Origin: a virus
Lineage: Duplodnaviria > Caudoviricetes
IMG/VR virus record: IMGVR_UViG_3300041097_000025
Span: 1 to 43,024 of that record
Direction: 5' to 3' (one strand)
Length of the DNA stretch: 43,024 bases
Shown: one piece after another, positions 1-8,423 of the stretch
Position numbering within the stretch: position 1 is the stretch's first letter
Layout of the letters: each line of letters starts with the position of its first letter
Notes under the pieces: generated by a model
What the model was told of the DNA's origin: nothing
Seen by the model: the letters and a program-made list of their open reading frames with translations, nothing else
Database searches by the model: none
Made by a program: the position numbers and the translations under genes

Positions 1-2130
1 CTACGAGTTCACGATGGGCCGGACGTCCCATGTGATGGGAATCCCGGGCCGGTAGACAGCCTCGTTGCCGAGTTTGATCGAATCCTTCAGGTGCTTGGCC
101 AGGGGCTTGTCGTACTTCTCGACCTGCTTGATGGCTCGGTCGACGGCGTTACGGAAGGCGTCGCGGACGTTTTTGCGCTTGTCACCGGTCTTGCGCTGTC
201 GCCCGCCGAGACCCTTGCCGCTCTCGATGTACTGGAGCAAGACAGCCATCTCCTTCTCGATTTCCTCAATACGGGCGTGGTCGCCACGCTCACGTGCTTC
301 TTCCATTTCTCCAAACAGCTCATGCGCTTGCTGCTTGCACTCGTTTAGAGCGCGTCGATCAGCGACATCGCCAGCATCCCCCAAGGGCACACCTTGGGTC
401 ACTTGGAAGCCTTCCTCGATTTCCTCCTGTGCAACACCGGAATTGGCGGGCAGATCAATCGCGTTGACTGCGCTCCCAACGGCGACTTCATAGACCGACG
501 TTTCACGATCTGGAAACGCCAACAGGAGGTTGATGTATTCCGCGCCCTTCTCGACGTTGAGCAGATGGATGGTGTTGCGGCCCTGGAATCGCGTCTCCCA
601 GACCGCGCCGCGCTTGCGGAAGAAGTTCTCCGGTAGCTTCTCCACCGAAACGACGGACGACATCGAGATCGTCGATCCAGACTCGTAGGCCGTCCGGAGC
701 AGGCAGTCGCCGGGCAGAGTGCGCTCACGAATCCCCTTGCTGTGTCGACTGAGCAGCTCGTCCAGCGCTCCCATCACCTCGTTGGCGTGCCGCTTGTAGA
801 GATCGAACACCCGCTGCGCGGCCTGCCCAGCATCACCGTTCAGGAACTTGAATACGCGTCCCACGTCGGGGTAGCTGCTGACGAACTGCGTGACATCGGT
901 CAGATTCTTCACCTGGTTGGCGCGCTCCAGATAGGCCGCCGCCATGATCTTCTCCACGTTCTTTTTCTTGTCCTCCGCATTACGGCTCTGAGTGAATACG
1001 TCGAATTTGTACTGCTCCACCGGATCGTACTGATCGGCCTTCGCTGCGAGAACCGCGAACCGACGGTCGATGCACTGTGAGCAGCCACCGCAATGGGTGT
1101 GCTGGTTCGTCATCTCCCAAGTGTGCGTGCAAGTCATCGAATGCTTGATCAAATCGTGGCAACCCGCGTCCGTGATGACCTTGACGACGTCAGCCTTCGT
1201 CTTCCAGATATACGGGTTCTCGACCGTGAAGGGCTCGCCCGCTACCAGCGAGATGATGTCCTGAAAGCCCTTCATTACCCTGGGGTGGGTTGTGCGCGTG
1301 GCGCGGCCGCCGACCACTTGGGCGCACACCGGCAAGTTCAAGCTGATGACGCCATTTTCATAGAAGCGCACGCTGCTCAAGCCCAGCATCCTGGCAATCG
1401 TCGCGCCGATGGAGACGTACAGAAATGACCGGCTGCGCTGGGTATATTCGTGGTTCAGCTCCTTGATCTTGTGAACCCGGACGCTAATGCGAGGCGGCGC
1501 GTTGCCATCGGCCTTCTCGGCCAGCAGTTGCTCAAGAGTTTGGTAGCGCTTGTTGAGCTTGGAGGTGGCCTTGTGCGTCACCAAGAGCACGCGCCGCTTC
1601 TGGTTCACCACTTCGTCGATGGCACCGGCCAGCGAGTCCAGTCCGCCGGAGAACATCACTACCTGCTCGGGTTTGCGGTACACCTGCCGGGTGTCATCGA
1701 ACCCAAGGTAGTCCTGGAACGGATGATCCTGATCGAGCTTGACGAAGTCGAACTGATATTGGTCATCGGACAGGAAGCCGAGCGTCGAGCACAGCGCCTC
1801 CCGAACCTGCGAACTGTTCCAGAAATCGGGATCGCGCACCGGCACAACGAAGTGCAGATCGCGCCGCCAGCCGTCGCCAAAGGAATCGACATCATCCGCA
1901 CCGCGCCGGATGATCTGGTCGGCGCTATAGACGTAGGTGGCGACCTCCAACAGATCGTTGAACAGCGCAGGCACCGGTTGGAACATCTTCCTGTGTACGT
2001 CCTCGATGCGCAGCGTGATGTTGCCTTTCCCTTCTTTGCCCGAAAGCCGCAGCCGCAGATCGCGTGCCGGGTCTTCGCTGATGCCTTTGGCGGACGCGTT
2101 GCCGCAAAGGATGTATCGCTTATCTTGCAT
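1..2130 (-). CDS. QueC-family (7-cyano-7-deazaguanine synthase-like) PP-loop enzyme of the QatC type, with an extra ~210 aa C-terminal domain
   Basis: 709 aa. PP-loop MFSGGLDS; QatC-type motifs EYTQRSRSFLY, YENGVISLNLP, TRTTHP and ENPYIWKTK; Zn cluster TCTH...HCGGCSQCIDRR. Far longer than housekeeping QueC. Confidence 0.85.
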   Translation of the reverse strand: MQDKRYILCGNASAKGISEDPARDLRLRLSGKEGKGNITLRIEDVHRKMFQPVPALFNDLLEVATYVYSADQIIRRGADDVDSFGDGWRRDLHFVVPVRDPDFWNSSQVREALCSTLGFLSDDQYQFDFVKLDQDHPFQDYLGFDDTRQVYRKPEQVVMFSGGLDSLAGAIDEVVNQKRRVLLVTHKATSKLNKRYQTLEQLLAEKADGNAPPRISVRVHKIKELNHEYTQRSRSFLYVSIGATIARMLGLSSVRFYENGVISLNLPVCAQVVGGRATRTTHPRVMKGFQDIISLVAGEPFTVENPYIWKTKADVVKVITDAGCHDLIKHSMTCTHTWEMTNQHTHCGGCSQCIDRRFAVLAAKADQYDPVEQYKFDVFTQSRNAEDKKKNVEKIMAAAYLERANQVKNLTDVTQFVSSYPDVGRVFKFLNGDAGQAAQRVFDLYKRHANEVMGALDELLSRHSKGIRERTLPGDCLLRTAYESGSTISMSSVVSVEKLPENFFRKRGAVWETRFQGRNTIHLLNVEKGAEYINLLLAFPDRETSVYEVAVGSAVNAIDLPANSGVAQEEIEEGFQVTQGVPLGDAGDVADRRALNECKQQAHELFGEMEEARERGDHARIEEIEKEMAVLLQYIESGKGLGGRQRKTGDKRKNVRDAFRNAVDRAIKQVEKYDKPLAKHLKDSIKLGNEAVYRPGIPITWDVRPIVNS

Positions 2131-2908
2131 CGCTGCGCGCTCCCGCCTTCAATTCGTCCTTCATTTTCTTCAGCGCGTAACCTGCGAACTTGTCTGATGT
2201 CTTTCTGGAGATATCGCCGCCCTCCTGAAATCGATTCTTGGAAAACCACTCGTTCGAAAATTTCTCGACGATGACCGATGCCTCCCGGGTGTGGGTTTCC
2301 AACGCCGCATTGAACTGGGCCGACTGATTCATCGTCGCAAACCGCATCCCGTCACCAAGCTGCGTATTGACGACCTTGCTCAGGAAATACTGCAGCCCCT
2401 CGTTGGCCAGCCGTGCAAAAAAGCGCCGCGAAAACTCGCCGAATTCCTTCGGCTTTCCCAAATCCCCGAGAGCGGCCCGCATCGTGTCCGGGTCGGAAGA
2501 AAACAGTGAATGGAGTTTGGGCGACAGAACATCATTGACGGCTCCGACGATGGCCCGGTTAGCGAGGCTCCCAAGGTCAGATCGTTGGCCGTTGCTGTCA
2601 ACGCGACGATCCAGCGCCTCCGTAATCGCCGTGGTCACATCGATGAGCGAAGGGTTTCCGGGAAGATGGATACCCGCCGCTGCGAGGTGCTGGTGGATGT
2701 CGGGCTTCTTGGCGGCAATCGCCATCTGCGTCATCAGCCAGACGGCCTCGGTGTAGCCAACATCCTTCATGACGAAGGAAAAGGCCTTTTCCGCCGCAGT
2801 GATGGTGGCATTGGCGATCTGAGAAACGTCGGCACCGGCAGCGATTAGCCCGACGACCTCCTTCCACGCCCTCGTTCTTGGCAGTACCCCAAGCCGAACA
2901 TGCCCCAT
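2120..2908 (-). CDS. Helical partner protein of the QueC-like enzyme (QatB-like position, N-terminal Met-Gly)
   Basis: 262 aa, begins MGHVRLG, SD-like GGGGAG upstream, overlaps the QueC start by 11 nt. The ORF is well supported; the QatB analogy is inference. Confidence 0.6.
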   Translation of the reverse strand: MGHVRLGVLPRTRAWKEVVGLIAAGADVSQIANATITAAEKAFSFVMKDVGYTEAVWLMTQMAIAAKKPDIHQHLAAAGIHLPGNPSLIDVTTAITEALDRRVDSNGQRSDLGSLANRAIVGAVNDVLSPKLHSLFSSDPDTMRAALGDLGKPKEFGEFSRRFFARLANEGLQYFLSKVVNTQLGDGMRFATMNQSAQFNAALETHTREASVIVEKFSNEWFSKNRFQEGGDISRKTSDKFAGYALKKMKDELKAGARSDAR

Positions 2909-2943
2909 CCAGGACTCCCCTTGTTGATATCAGAGCATCGCTG

Positions 2944-3177
2944 TCACTCGTTGCGCTTCACGATGACGATGCTCCGTGCCTTTTTTTCTTCTTTCCTCAA
3001 ATACCCCTTGCGTACCAACTGCGCGATCTGTTCGTGAGCGCTAGCGTGGCTGATTCCTAGCGCCTCGGCCAGTTCCTTGACGGTGGGCGGCAGGCCCGTG
3101 CTATCGAGGATTTGGCAGATCGCTCTCAGCGTTCTTGCCTGCGGCTCCGTAATGCCTTCGGTCTTTTGCTTGCTCAT
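2944..3177 (-). CDS. LexA-type winged-helix DNA-binding domain protein without the S24 peptidase domain
   Basis: 77 aa, ITEPQARTLRAICQILDSTGLPPTVKELAEALGISHASAHEQIAQLVRKGYL..ARSI, closely following the LexA N-terminal pattern. GAGGAG SD before ATG 3177. Confidence 0.8.
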   Translation of the reverse strand: MSKQKTEGITEPQARTLRAICQILDSTGLPPTVKELAEALGISHASAHEQIAQLVRKGYLRKEEKKARSIVIVKRNE

Positions 3178-3202
3178 GGCATTGCTCCTCGCCAATTGCG
3201 TA

Positions 3203-3231
3203 AATATATGACCTGATGAACATCAGGTCAA
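3203..3231 (-). promoter_or_regulatory. Sigma70-like promoter (TTGACC-N17-TATATT) overlapped by a perfect 22-bp palindromic operator
   Basis: -35 at 3226-3231 and -10 at 3203-3208 on the minus strand. TGACCTGATG-AA-CATCAGGTCA at 3209-3230. Confidence 0.75.
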
Positions 3232-3503
3232 TGGAGGCGACCCCGGTCAGAAATTCGCTCTCGACCGACTACGGACGAGACGTGCGCCGCACGTCCCATG
3301 GTGCAACCGGCTCGACGTCGTGCCAAAGAACGGTGTGACTGGCCCGTGCCTCTTGTTCGGCAAAGCCCAAGGCGACCAGAAATGCCATCAAGAATTTGTT
3401 CGTAATCTCGCTCACCCCTGCTGATGCGCTCCCAAACGGGATACTCCGACCGCCTTGCGCGCATATTCTTCGTGACGGTCTGATTACTTTACTGGATGCC
3501 GAA

Positions 3504-3692
3504 ATGACCGTCGAACAAACACTCCCTGAATTGATGTCTCCACGACAGCGGGCGCGTGAGGCCGCAGAAATCATCGCAGCCGCCATCGCCCGCCTGCATT
3601 CCACCCGGCCTCGCGACAGCGATATTCCACTTGGCTTCTCGCCACCCGAGCGCGTTCATACAAACCCCTCTACAGAAGGAGTTTGCAAATGA
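3504..3692 (+). CDS. Small hypothetical protein upstream of DUF2924
   Basis: 62 aa ORF overlapping the next start (ATGA). Contains one copy of the 4x DNA motif. Confidence 0.45.
   Translation: MTVEQTLPELMSPRQRAREAAEIIAAAIARLHSTRPRDSDIPLGFSPPERVHTNPSTEGVCK
3630..3659 (+). promoter_or_regulatory. Conserved motif CTTGGCTTC-N10-AGCGCGTTCAT, copy 1
   Basis: Arms identical to the copies at 18231, 20158 and 20429; about 30 nt upstream of the DUF2924 ATG. Confidence 0.7.
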
Positions 3693-4150
3693 ATATACCG
3701 ATAACCGGCCCGTCCCTGGCGGCGCAAATTGCCAATCTGCCCAGGCTGGCCATGAACGATCTGTGGGCGCATTGGGACAAGTATTTTCCGCGCCGCCCAC
3801 CACACAACAACCGCGCCTACGTCGAAGGCCGCGTCGCTTACAAGATTCAAGAGGAAGCGCTGAACACCAAGCTGGCCGTGCAGACGCAAATGGCCCGCAT
3901 CGGCGAAGCCCAATCCAACATCAAAACGCAGCGCGGCGTCGAGGTCCAGGTCGTGCCAGGCACGGTGCTGATACGCGAGTTCGACAGCCGCGAGCACCGC
4001 GTGACGGCGCAGGCCGATGGCACCTTCGAGTACGAGGGCCGCCGTTACAAGAGCCTGTCCGCCGTAGCCCGCCACATTACCGGCACCCAATGGTCTGGGC
4101 CTCTGTTCTTCGGAATCATCAAGGGCAAATCGAAGCGAGGTGCGAAATGA
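3689..4150 (+). CDS. DUF2924-family protein (serine recombinase-associated)
   Basis: PGTVLIREFDSREHRVT...FEYEGRRYKSLSAVARHITGTQWSGPLFFG signature; AGGAG SD. Confidence 0.85.
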   Translation: MNIPITGPSLAAQIANLPRLAMNDLWAHWDKYFPRRPPHNNRAYVEGRVAYKIQEEALNTKLAVQTQMARIGEAQSNIKTQRGVEVQVVPGTVLIREFDSREHRVTAQADGTFEYEGRRYKSLSAVARHITGTQWSGPLFFGIIKGKSKRGAK

Positions 4151-5514
4151 ACGCTGTCGTTACCAAAAAGCGCTGCGCCGTCTACACACGCGTTTCCACG
4201 GACGAGCGTCTCGACCAGTCCTTCAATTCCCTTGATGCCCAGCGCGAGGCGGGCCAAGCCTACATCGTGAGCCAGCGCGCTGAGGGCTGGATGCCGGTGG
4301 GCGACGACTACGACGACGGCGGCTACTCCGGCGGCAACATGGAGCGCCCGGCCTTGAAGCGTCTGATGGCCGACATCGCCGCCGACCAGATCGATATCGT
4401 GGTGGTCTACAAGATCGACCGCCTGACGCGCAGCCTGACCGACTTCTCCAGGCTGATCGAAGTTTTCGAGCGGCACAAGGTGTCGTTCGTTTCGGTGACG
4501 CAGCAGTTCAATACCACCACCTCGATGGGGCGGCTGATGCTCAACATCCTGCTGTCCTTCGCCCAGTTCGAGCGCGAGGTCACGGGCGAGCGCATCCGCG
4601 ACAAGATCGCGGCCAGCAAGCGCAAGGGCTTGTGGATGGGCGGCTACACGCCTCTGGGCTACGAGGTCAAAGACCGCAAGCTCATCATCGAGGAAAAGGA
4701 CGCCGAGATCATCAGGCGCATTTTTACGCGGTTCACCGAGGTGCGCTCGGTCACCGACATCGTCCGGGAAATCTCTCTCGAAGGCATCACCACCAAGCCC
4801 AACCGTTTGAAGAACGGCGGCGTGCGTAACGGTACGCCGATGGACAAGAAGTACATCTCCAAGCTGTTGCGCAATCCGATCTACGTCGGCGAGATCTGCC
4901 ACAAGGGTGCAGTTTTCGCGGGCCAGCACGAGCCGATCATCAGCAGGCAACTGTGGGATCGGGTGCAGGCCATCCTGGCCGAGGATGCGCACGAGCGGAT
5001 GGGCAAGACCCAGACCCGGCACAAAACCGATGCCCTGCTGCGCGGGTTGATGTACGGGCCTGACGGCGGCAAGTACCACATCACCTACAGCAAGAAACCT
5101 TCGGGCAAGAAATACCGCTATTACATCCCCAAGGCGGACAAGCGGTACGGTTACCGCAGCAGCGCCACCGGGATGATTCCGGCCGACCAGATCGAGGAAG
5201 TGGTGGTGAACCTGCTGGTGGGCGCGCTCCAGTCGCCGGAGAGCATCCAAGGGGTCTGGAATGCCGTCTGCGACAAATACCCGGAGATCGACGAACCGAC
5301 CACCGTGCTGGCCATGCGCCGTCTCGGCGACGTCTGGCGGCAACTGTTCCCTGCCGAGCAGGTGCGCCTGGTCAATCTGCTGATTGAGCGTGTCCAGTTG
5401 CTCTCCGACGGCGTTGACATCGTCTGGCGCGAATCCGGATGGCGCGAACTGGCAGGGGAACTGAGTCCGGACACCATTGGCGGCGAGTTGCTGGAAATCG
5501 AGGTGGCGTCGTGA
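4147..5514 (+). CDS. Large serine recombinase (integrase)
   Basis: 455 aa. RCAVYTRVSTDE catalytic Ser motif, DDGGYSGGNMERPAL, VVYKIDRLTRS, recombinase domain LLRNPIYVG. Confidence 0.93.
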   Translation: MNAVVTKKRCAVYTRVSTDERLDQSFNSLDAQREAGQAYIVSQRAEGWMPVGDDYDDGGYSGGNMERPALKRLMADIAADQIDIVVVYKIDRLTRSLTDFSRLIEVFERHKVSFVSVTQQFNTTTSMGRLMLNILLSFAQFEREVTGERIRDKIAASKRKGLWMGGYTPLGYEVKDRKLIIEEKDAEIIRRIFTRFTEVRSVTDIVREISLEGITTKPNRLKNGGVRNGTPMDKKYISKLLRNPIYVGEICHKGAVFAGQHEPIISRQLWDRVQAILAEDAHERMGKTQTRHKTDALLRGLMYGPDGGKYHITYSKKPSGKKYRYYIPKADKRYGYRSSATGMIPADQIEEVVVNLLVGALQSPESIQGVWNAVCDKYPEIDEPTTVLAMRRLGDVWRQLFPAEQVRLVNLLIERVQLLSDGVDIVWRESGWRELAGELSPDTIGGELLEIEVAS

Positions 5515-5987
5515 ATCGGTCATCCAAAAAGCTGATCGGCGACGGGTTGCCCCACGAGCGCCGCCATCCACTGGACAGCGGCGGCGTGCGGATCACCACC
5601 TTTGTGCCTTTCCACTTCAAGAAGCGGGGCATCAAGAAGGTGATCGTCGCTCCGGACGGAGTCAGCCAGCCGGTTGCCGTCACCGCGTCGCCCGTGCTCA
5701 CCCCCGAGCAGGATCAGCCCCTGCTCAAGGCGATGGGGCGCGGTATCTACTGGCAGCAACTACTCGATACCGAGGCGGTGGTCACAACGATGGAAATCGC
5801 TGAGCGCGAAGGCGTCCACCGCTCCACGATCAACGAACTGCTGCGGCTGGCGCTTCTCGCCCCGGACATCATCCAGGCCGCCTACGAAGGAACACTCCCA
5901 CGAGCAGTGTCGCTGGAAGCCATCCTGCGGGCCAAGGTGCCCTTCGACTGGGATGAGCAACGCCGGTTGATCGCGTCACTCGGCTAG
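5511..5987 (+). CDS. Recombinase-accessory HTH protein
   Basis: 158 aa, coupled to the recombinase (GTGA). EIAEREGVHRSTINELLRLALLAPDII resembles the C-terminal module that accompanies these recombinases. Confidence 0.7.
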   Translation: MNRSSKKLIGDGLPHERRHPLDSGGVRITTFVPFHFKKRGIKKVIVAPDGVSQPVAVTASPVLTPEQDQPLLKAMGRGIYWQQLLDTEAVVTTMEIAEREGVHRSTINELLRLALLAPDIIQAAYEGTLPRAVSLEAILRAKVPFDWDEQRRLIASLG

Positions 5988-6013
5988 CGGAGGGCCGAGA
6001 AAAAAAGTTTTCC

Positions 6014-6051
6014 GCTACGCCAAAAGTAGCTGTTGCTACGCCGGATGTAGC
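6014..6051. promoter_or_regulatory. Two tandem palindromic boxes GCTAC-N7-GTAGC (putative operators)
   Basis: GCTACgccaaaaGTAGC at 6014-6030 and GCTACgccggatGTAGC at 6035-6051, 21 bp apart, upstream of the early operon. Confidence 0.6.
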
Positions 6052-6140
6052 GCCTTCCCCGATGAAGGCGTGAAACGGCATCAAAGGCCAGTACAGGACT
6101 GGCCACCGCTCACGCCCCAATCCCTGAATGGGAAAGGAGC

Positions 6141-6458
6141 ATGGCAATGGCCTATTCAATGGCAATGTCCCCTGGCTTCGGTGGCAAACCGGGCCTCAAT
6201 TCCGGCGTCGGGTTCAACTCGATGCCTACCCCTCAATCTTCGGCACTGTCCGAGCGCCGCTTCCTGAGCGAAGTCGAGCTGGCCAGCCGCTGGGGTATGT
6301 CCCCAAAGACGCTCACGCGCTGGCGCGGTCTTGGCCGGGGCCCTGTCTTCAATAAGTTCTCGAAGAAGGTGGCCTATCCCTTGGACGGCGAGAACGGCGT
6401 GCTCGATTACGAGAAACGCCACCTCTACGTCTCGACCTCCGAACGTGTACCGGGTTGA
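6141..6458 (+). CDS. AlpA/excisionase-like HTH DNA-binding protein
   Basis: RFLSEVELASRWGMSPKTLTRWRGLGRGPVF; AAGGAG SD. Confidence 0.8.
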   Translation: MAMAYSMAMSPGFGGKPGLNSGVGFNSMPTPQSSALSERRFLSEVELASRWGMSPKTLTRWRGLGRGPVFNKFSKKVAYPLDGENGVLDYEKRHLYVSTSERVPG

Positions 6459-6468
6459 GGAGATGGCC

Positions 6469-6951
6469 ATGAAAGACCTTACCCACTATCCAGCAGACCT
6501 CGCCAGCATGACGGTCGCCCAACTGGTGTCCTTGCCGATTCGTGACTTCATGGAGTCCGAGGGCCACGTCGACGAGGCCATCGCCTACCTCAAACAACTG
6601 CGTACCAAGCTGGATGCCGCCAAGGCGCAGCGTTTCGGCGAGCAGGCCCGCGTCGCACTGCGGGAAGCCGGCCGCGATTTCGGTACCGCCCACATTAGCG
6701 ACGGCCCGTTACACGTCAAGTTCGAGTTGCCCAAGAAGGTCAGCTGGAACCAGACGATCCTGAAGGAGATTGCCGAGCGCATCGTGGCATCGGGCGACAA
6801 GGTCGAGGACTACATCGACATCAAGTTGTCGGTGTCCGAAACCCGTTACACGAGCTGGCCCACGGCGCTGCAGCAGCAATTCGCCGCCGCACGCACCGTG
6901 GATGAAGGCAAGCCGACCATCTCTCTGACCATCGACGGGGAGGCGGCATGA
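6469..6951 (+). CDS. Conserved phage hypothetical protein (recombination module)
   Basis: 160 aa, GAGGAG SD, coupled to the AAA ATPase. Confidence 0.7.
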   Translation: MKDLTHYPADLASMTVAQLVSLPIRDFMESEGHVDEAIAYLKQLRTKLDAAKAQRFGEQARVALREAGRDFGTAHISDGPLHVKFELPKKVSWNQTILKEIAERIVASGDKVEDYIDIKLSVSETRYTSWPTALQQQFAAARTVDEGKPTISLTIDGEAA

Positions 6952-7781
6952 AAAAGCTCCCCATCGTATCCGCCATCGAGCGGATGGCAGAACGCAAAGG
7001 CGTGAAGCTGCTGATGCTCGGTAAGTCCGGCATCGGCAAGACCACCCGGCTCAAAGACCTGGACCCGGCCACCACGTTGTTCCTCGACATCGAAGCGGGT
7101 GACCTGGCCGTGGCCGACTGGCCCGGCGACACCATCCGCCCGGCCTCGTGGCCGGAGTCGCGCGACTTCTTCGTGTTCCTCGCCGGGCCGGATCGCTCGC
7201 TGCCGCCGGAGGCCGCGTTCTCGCAGGCGCACTACGACCACGTCGTCGAGAGGTTCGGCGATCCTGCGCAGCTCGACCGCTACCAGACCTTCTTCCTCGA
7301 CTCGATCACACAGCTCTCGCGCCAGTGCTTCGCGTGGTGCAAGACGCAACCGGGTGCGGTCAGCGACCGAACTGGCAAGCCCGACATGCGCGGTGCTTAC
7401 GGCCTGCTCGGTCAGGAGATGGTCAGCGCCTTGACCCACCTGCAACACGCGCGCGGCAAGAACGTCGTGTTCGTCGCCATCCTCGACGAACGGCTCGACG
7501 ACTACAACCGCAAGGTGTTCGTGCCGCAGATCGAGGGCAGCAAGACCAGCCTCGAACTGCCCGGCATCGTCGACGAGGTCGTGACGCTGGCCGAGATCAA
7601 GGCCGAGGACGGCAGCGCCTACCGCGCCTTCGTCACCCACACCGTCAATCCATACGGCTTCCCGGCCAAAGACCGCAGCGGTCGTCTCGATCTGCTGGAA
7701 CCGCCGCATCTCGGCGCGCTGATCGCCAAGTGCGCATCGGCCACGTCCGCCACCCCCAACACCACCGAATCCAAGGAGTAA
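6948..7781 (+). CDS. AAA-family ATPase (Sak4-like single-strand annealing protein)
   Basis: Walker A GKSGIGKT, Walker B FFLDSIT, C-terminal PAKDRSGRL; precedes an SSB-like gene. Confidence 0.8.
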   Translation: MKKLPIVSAIERMAERKGVKLLMLGKSGIGKTTRLKDLDPATTLFLDIEAGDLAVADWPGDTIRPASWPESRDFFVFLAGPDRSLPPEAAFSQAHYDHVVERFGDPAQLDRYQTFFLDSITQLSRQCFAWCKTQPGAVSDRTGKPDMRGAYGLLGQEMVSALTHLQHARGKNVVFVAILDERLDDYNRKVFVPQIEGSKTSLELPGIVDEVVTLAEIKAEDGSAYRAFVTHTVNPYGFPAKDRSGRLDLLEPPHLGALIAKCASATSATPNTTESKE

Positions 7782-7786
7782 TAACC

Positions 7787-8413
7787 ATGTCGTCCAATTT
7801 TTTTGATTTTCAAGATGCTGATCCCCAACAGTCTGGCTTCGATCTGATCCCCAAAGGGGTCATCGCGCCGATGCGCATGACCTTCAAACCGGGCGGCCAT
7901 GACGACGCGAGTCAGGGCTGGACGGGCGGCTACGCCACCGAGTCCTTCGATACCGGAGCGGTCTATCTCGCCGCCGAATTCGTCATCACCGGCGGCGAGT
8001 ACGCCAAACGCAAGCTGTGGTCGAACATCGGGCTCTACTCCCGCAAGGGACCGACCTGGGGCCAGATGGGGCGCAGCTTCATCCGTGCTGCGCTTAACAG
8101 CGCCCGCAATGTCCATCCGCAGGACAACAGCCAGCAGGCCACCGCCGCGCGCCGCATCCAGGGCTTCCACGAACTGGATGGCATGGAGTTCCTGGCCCGC
8201 GTGGACATCGAGAAGGACAGCAATGGCCAAGACCGCAACGTGGTCAAGGTCGCGGTCGAACCCGACCACCCCGATTACGCCAAATTGATGGGGGTGCCGC
8301 CCAAGACCACCGATGGTGGCACTTCCGGCGCTCCGGCGCAGGCGGCTCCTGCTTACGCGGCACCGTCCCAGCAACGCGCACCCGTGACGGGCAAACCGTC
8401 CTGGGCACAGTGA
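7787..8413 (+). CDS. Putative phage single-stranded DNA-binding protein (DUF669-like)
   Basis: 208 aa, DFQDADPQQSGFDLIPKG start, low-complexity tail ending KPSWAQ, position after the Sak4-like ATPase. Confidence 0.65.
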   Translation: MSSNFFDFQDADPQQSGFDLIPKGVIAPMRMTFKPGGHDDASQGWTGGYATESFDTGAVYLAAEFVITGGEYAKRKLWSNIGLYSRKGPTWGQMGRSFIRAALNSARNVHPQDNSQQATAARRIQGFHELDGMEFLARVDIEKDSNGQDRNVVKVAVEPDHPDYAKLMGVPPKTTDGGTSGAPAQAAPAYAAPSQQRAPVTGKPSWAQ

Positions 8414-8423
8414 GGAGATGGCC

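Noticed and set aside
1-2130. Housekeeping queuosine gene or 7-deazaguanine DNA-modification (dpd) cluster
   Set aside because: The protein is about three times the length of canonical QueC and has QatC-type motifs; no folE, queD, queE or dpdA/tgt is in the window.
3232-3503. attL site or small genes between the divergent operons
   Set aside because: No matching repeat found elsewhere in the window; serine-integrase att sites are too short to call by eye; the short ORFs lack RBS or motif support.
3630-3659. Sigma54 promoter reading of the TTGGC-containing motif
   Set aside because: It lacks the TTGC -12 element at the required spacing from the GG.
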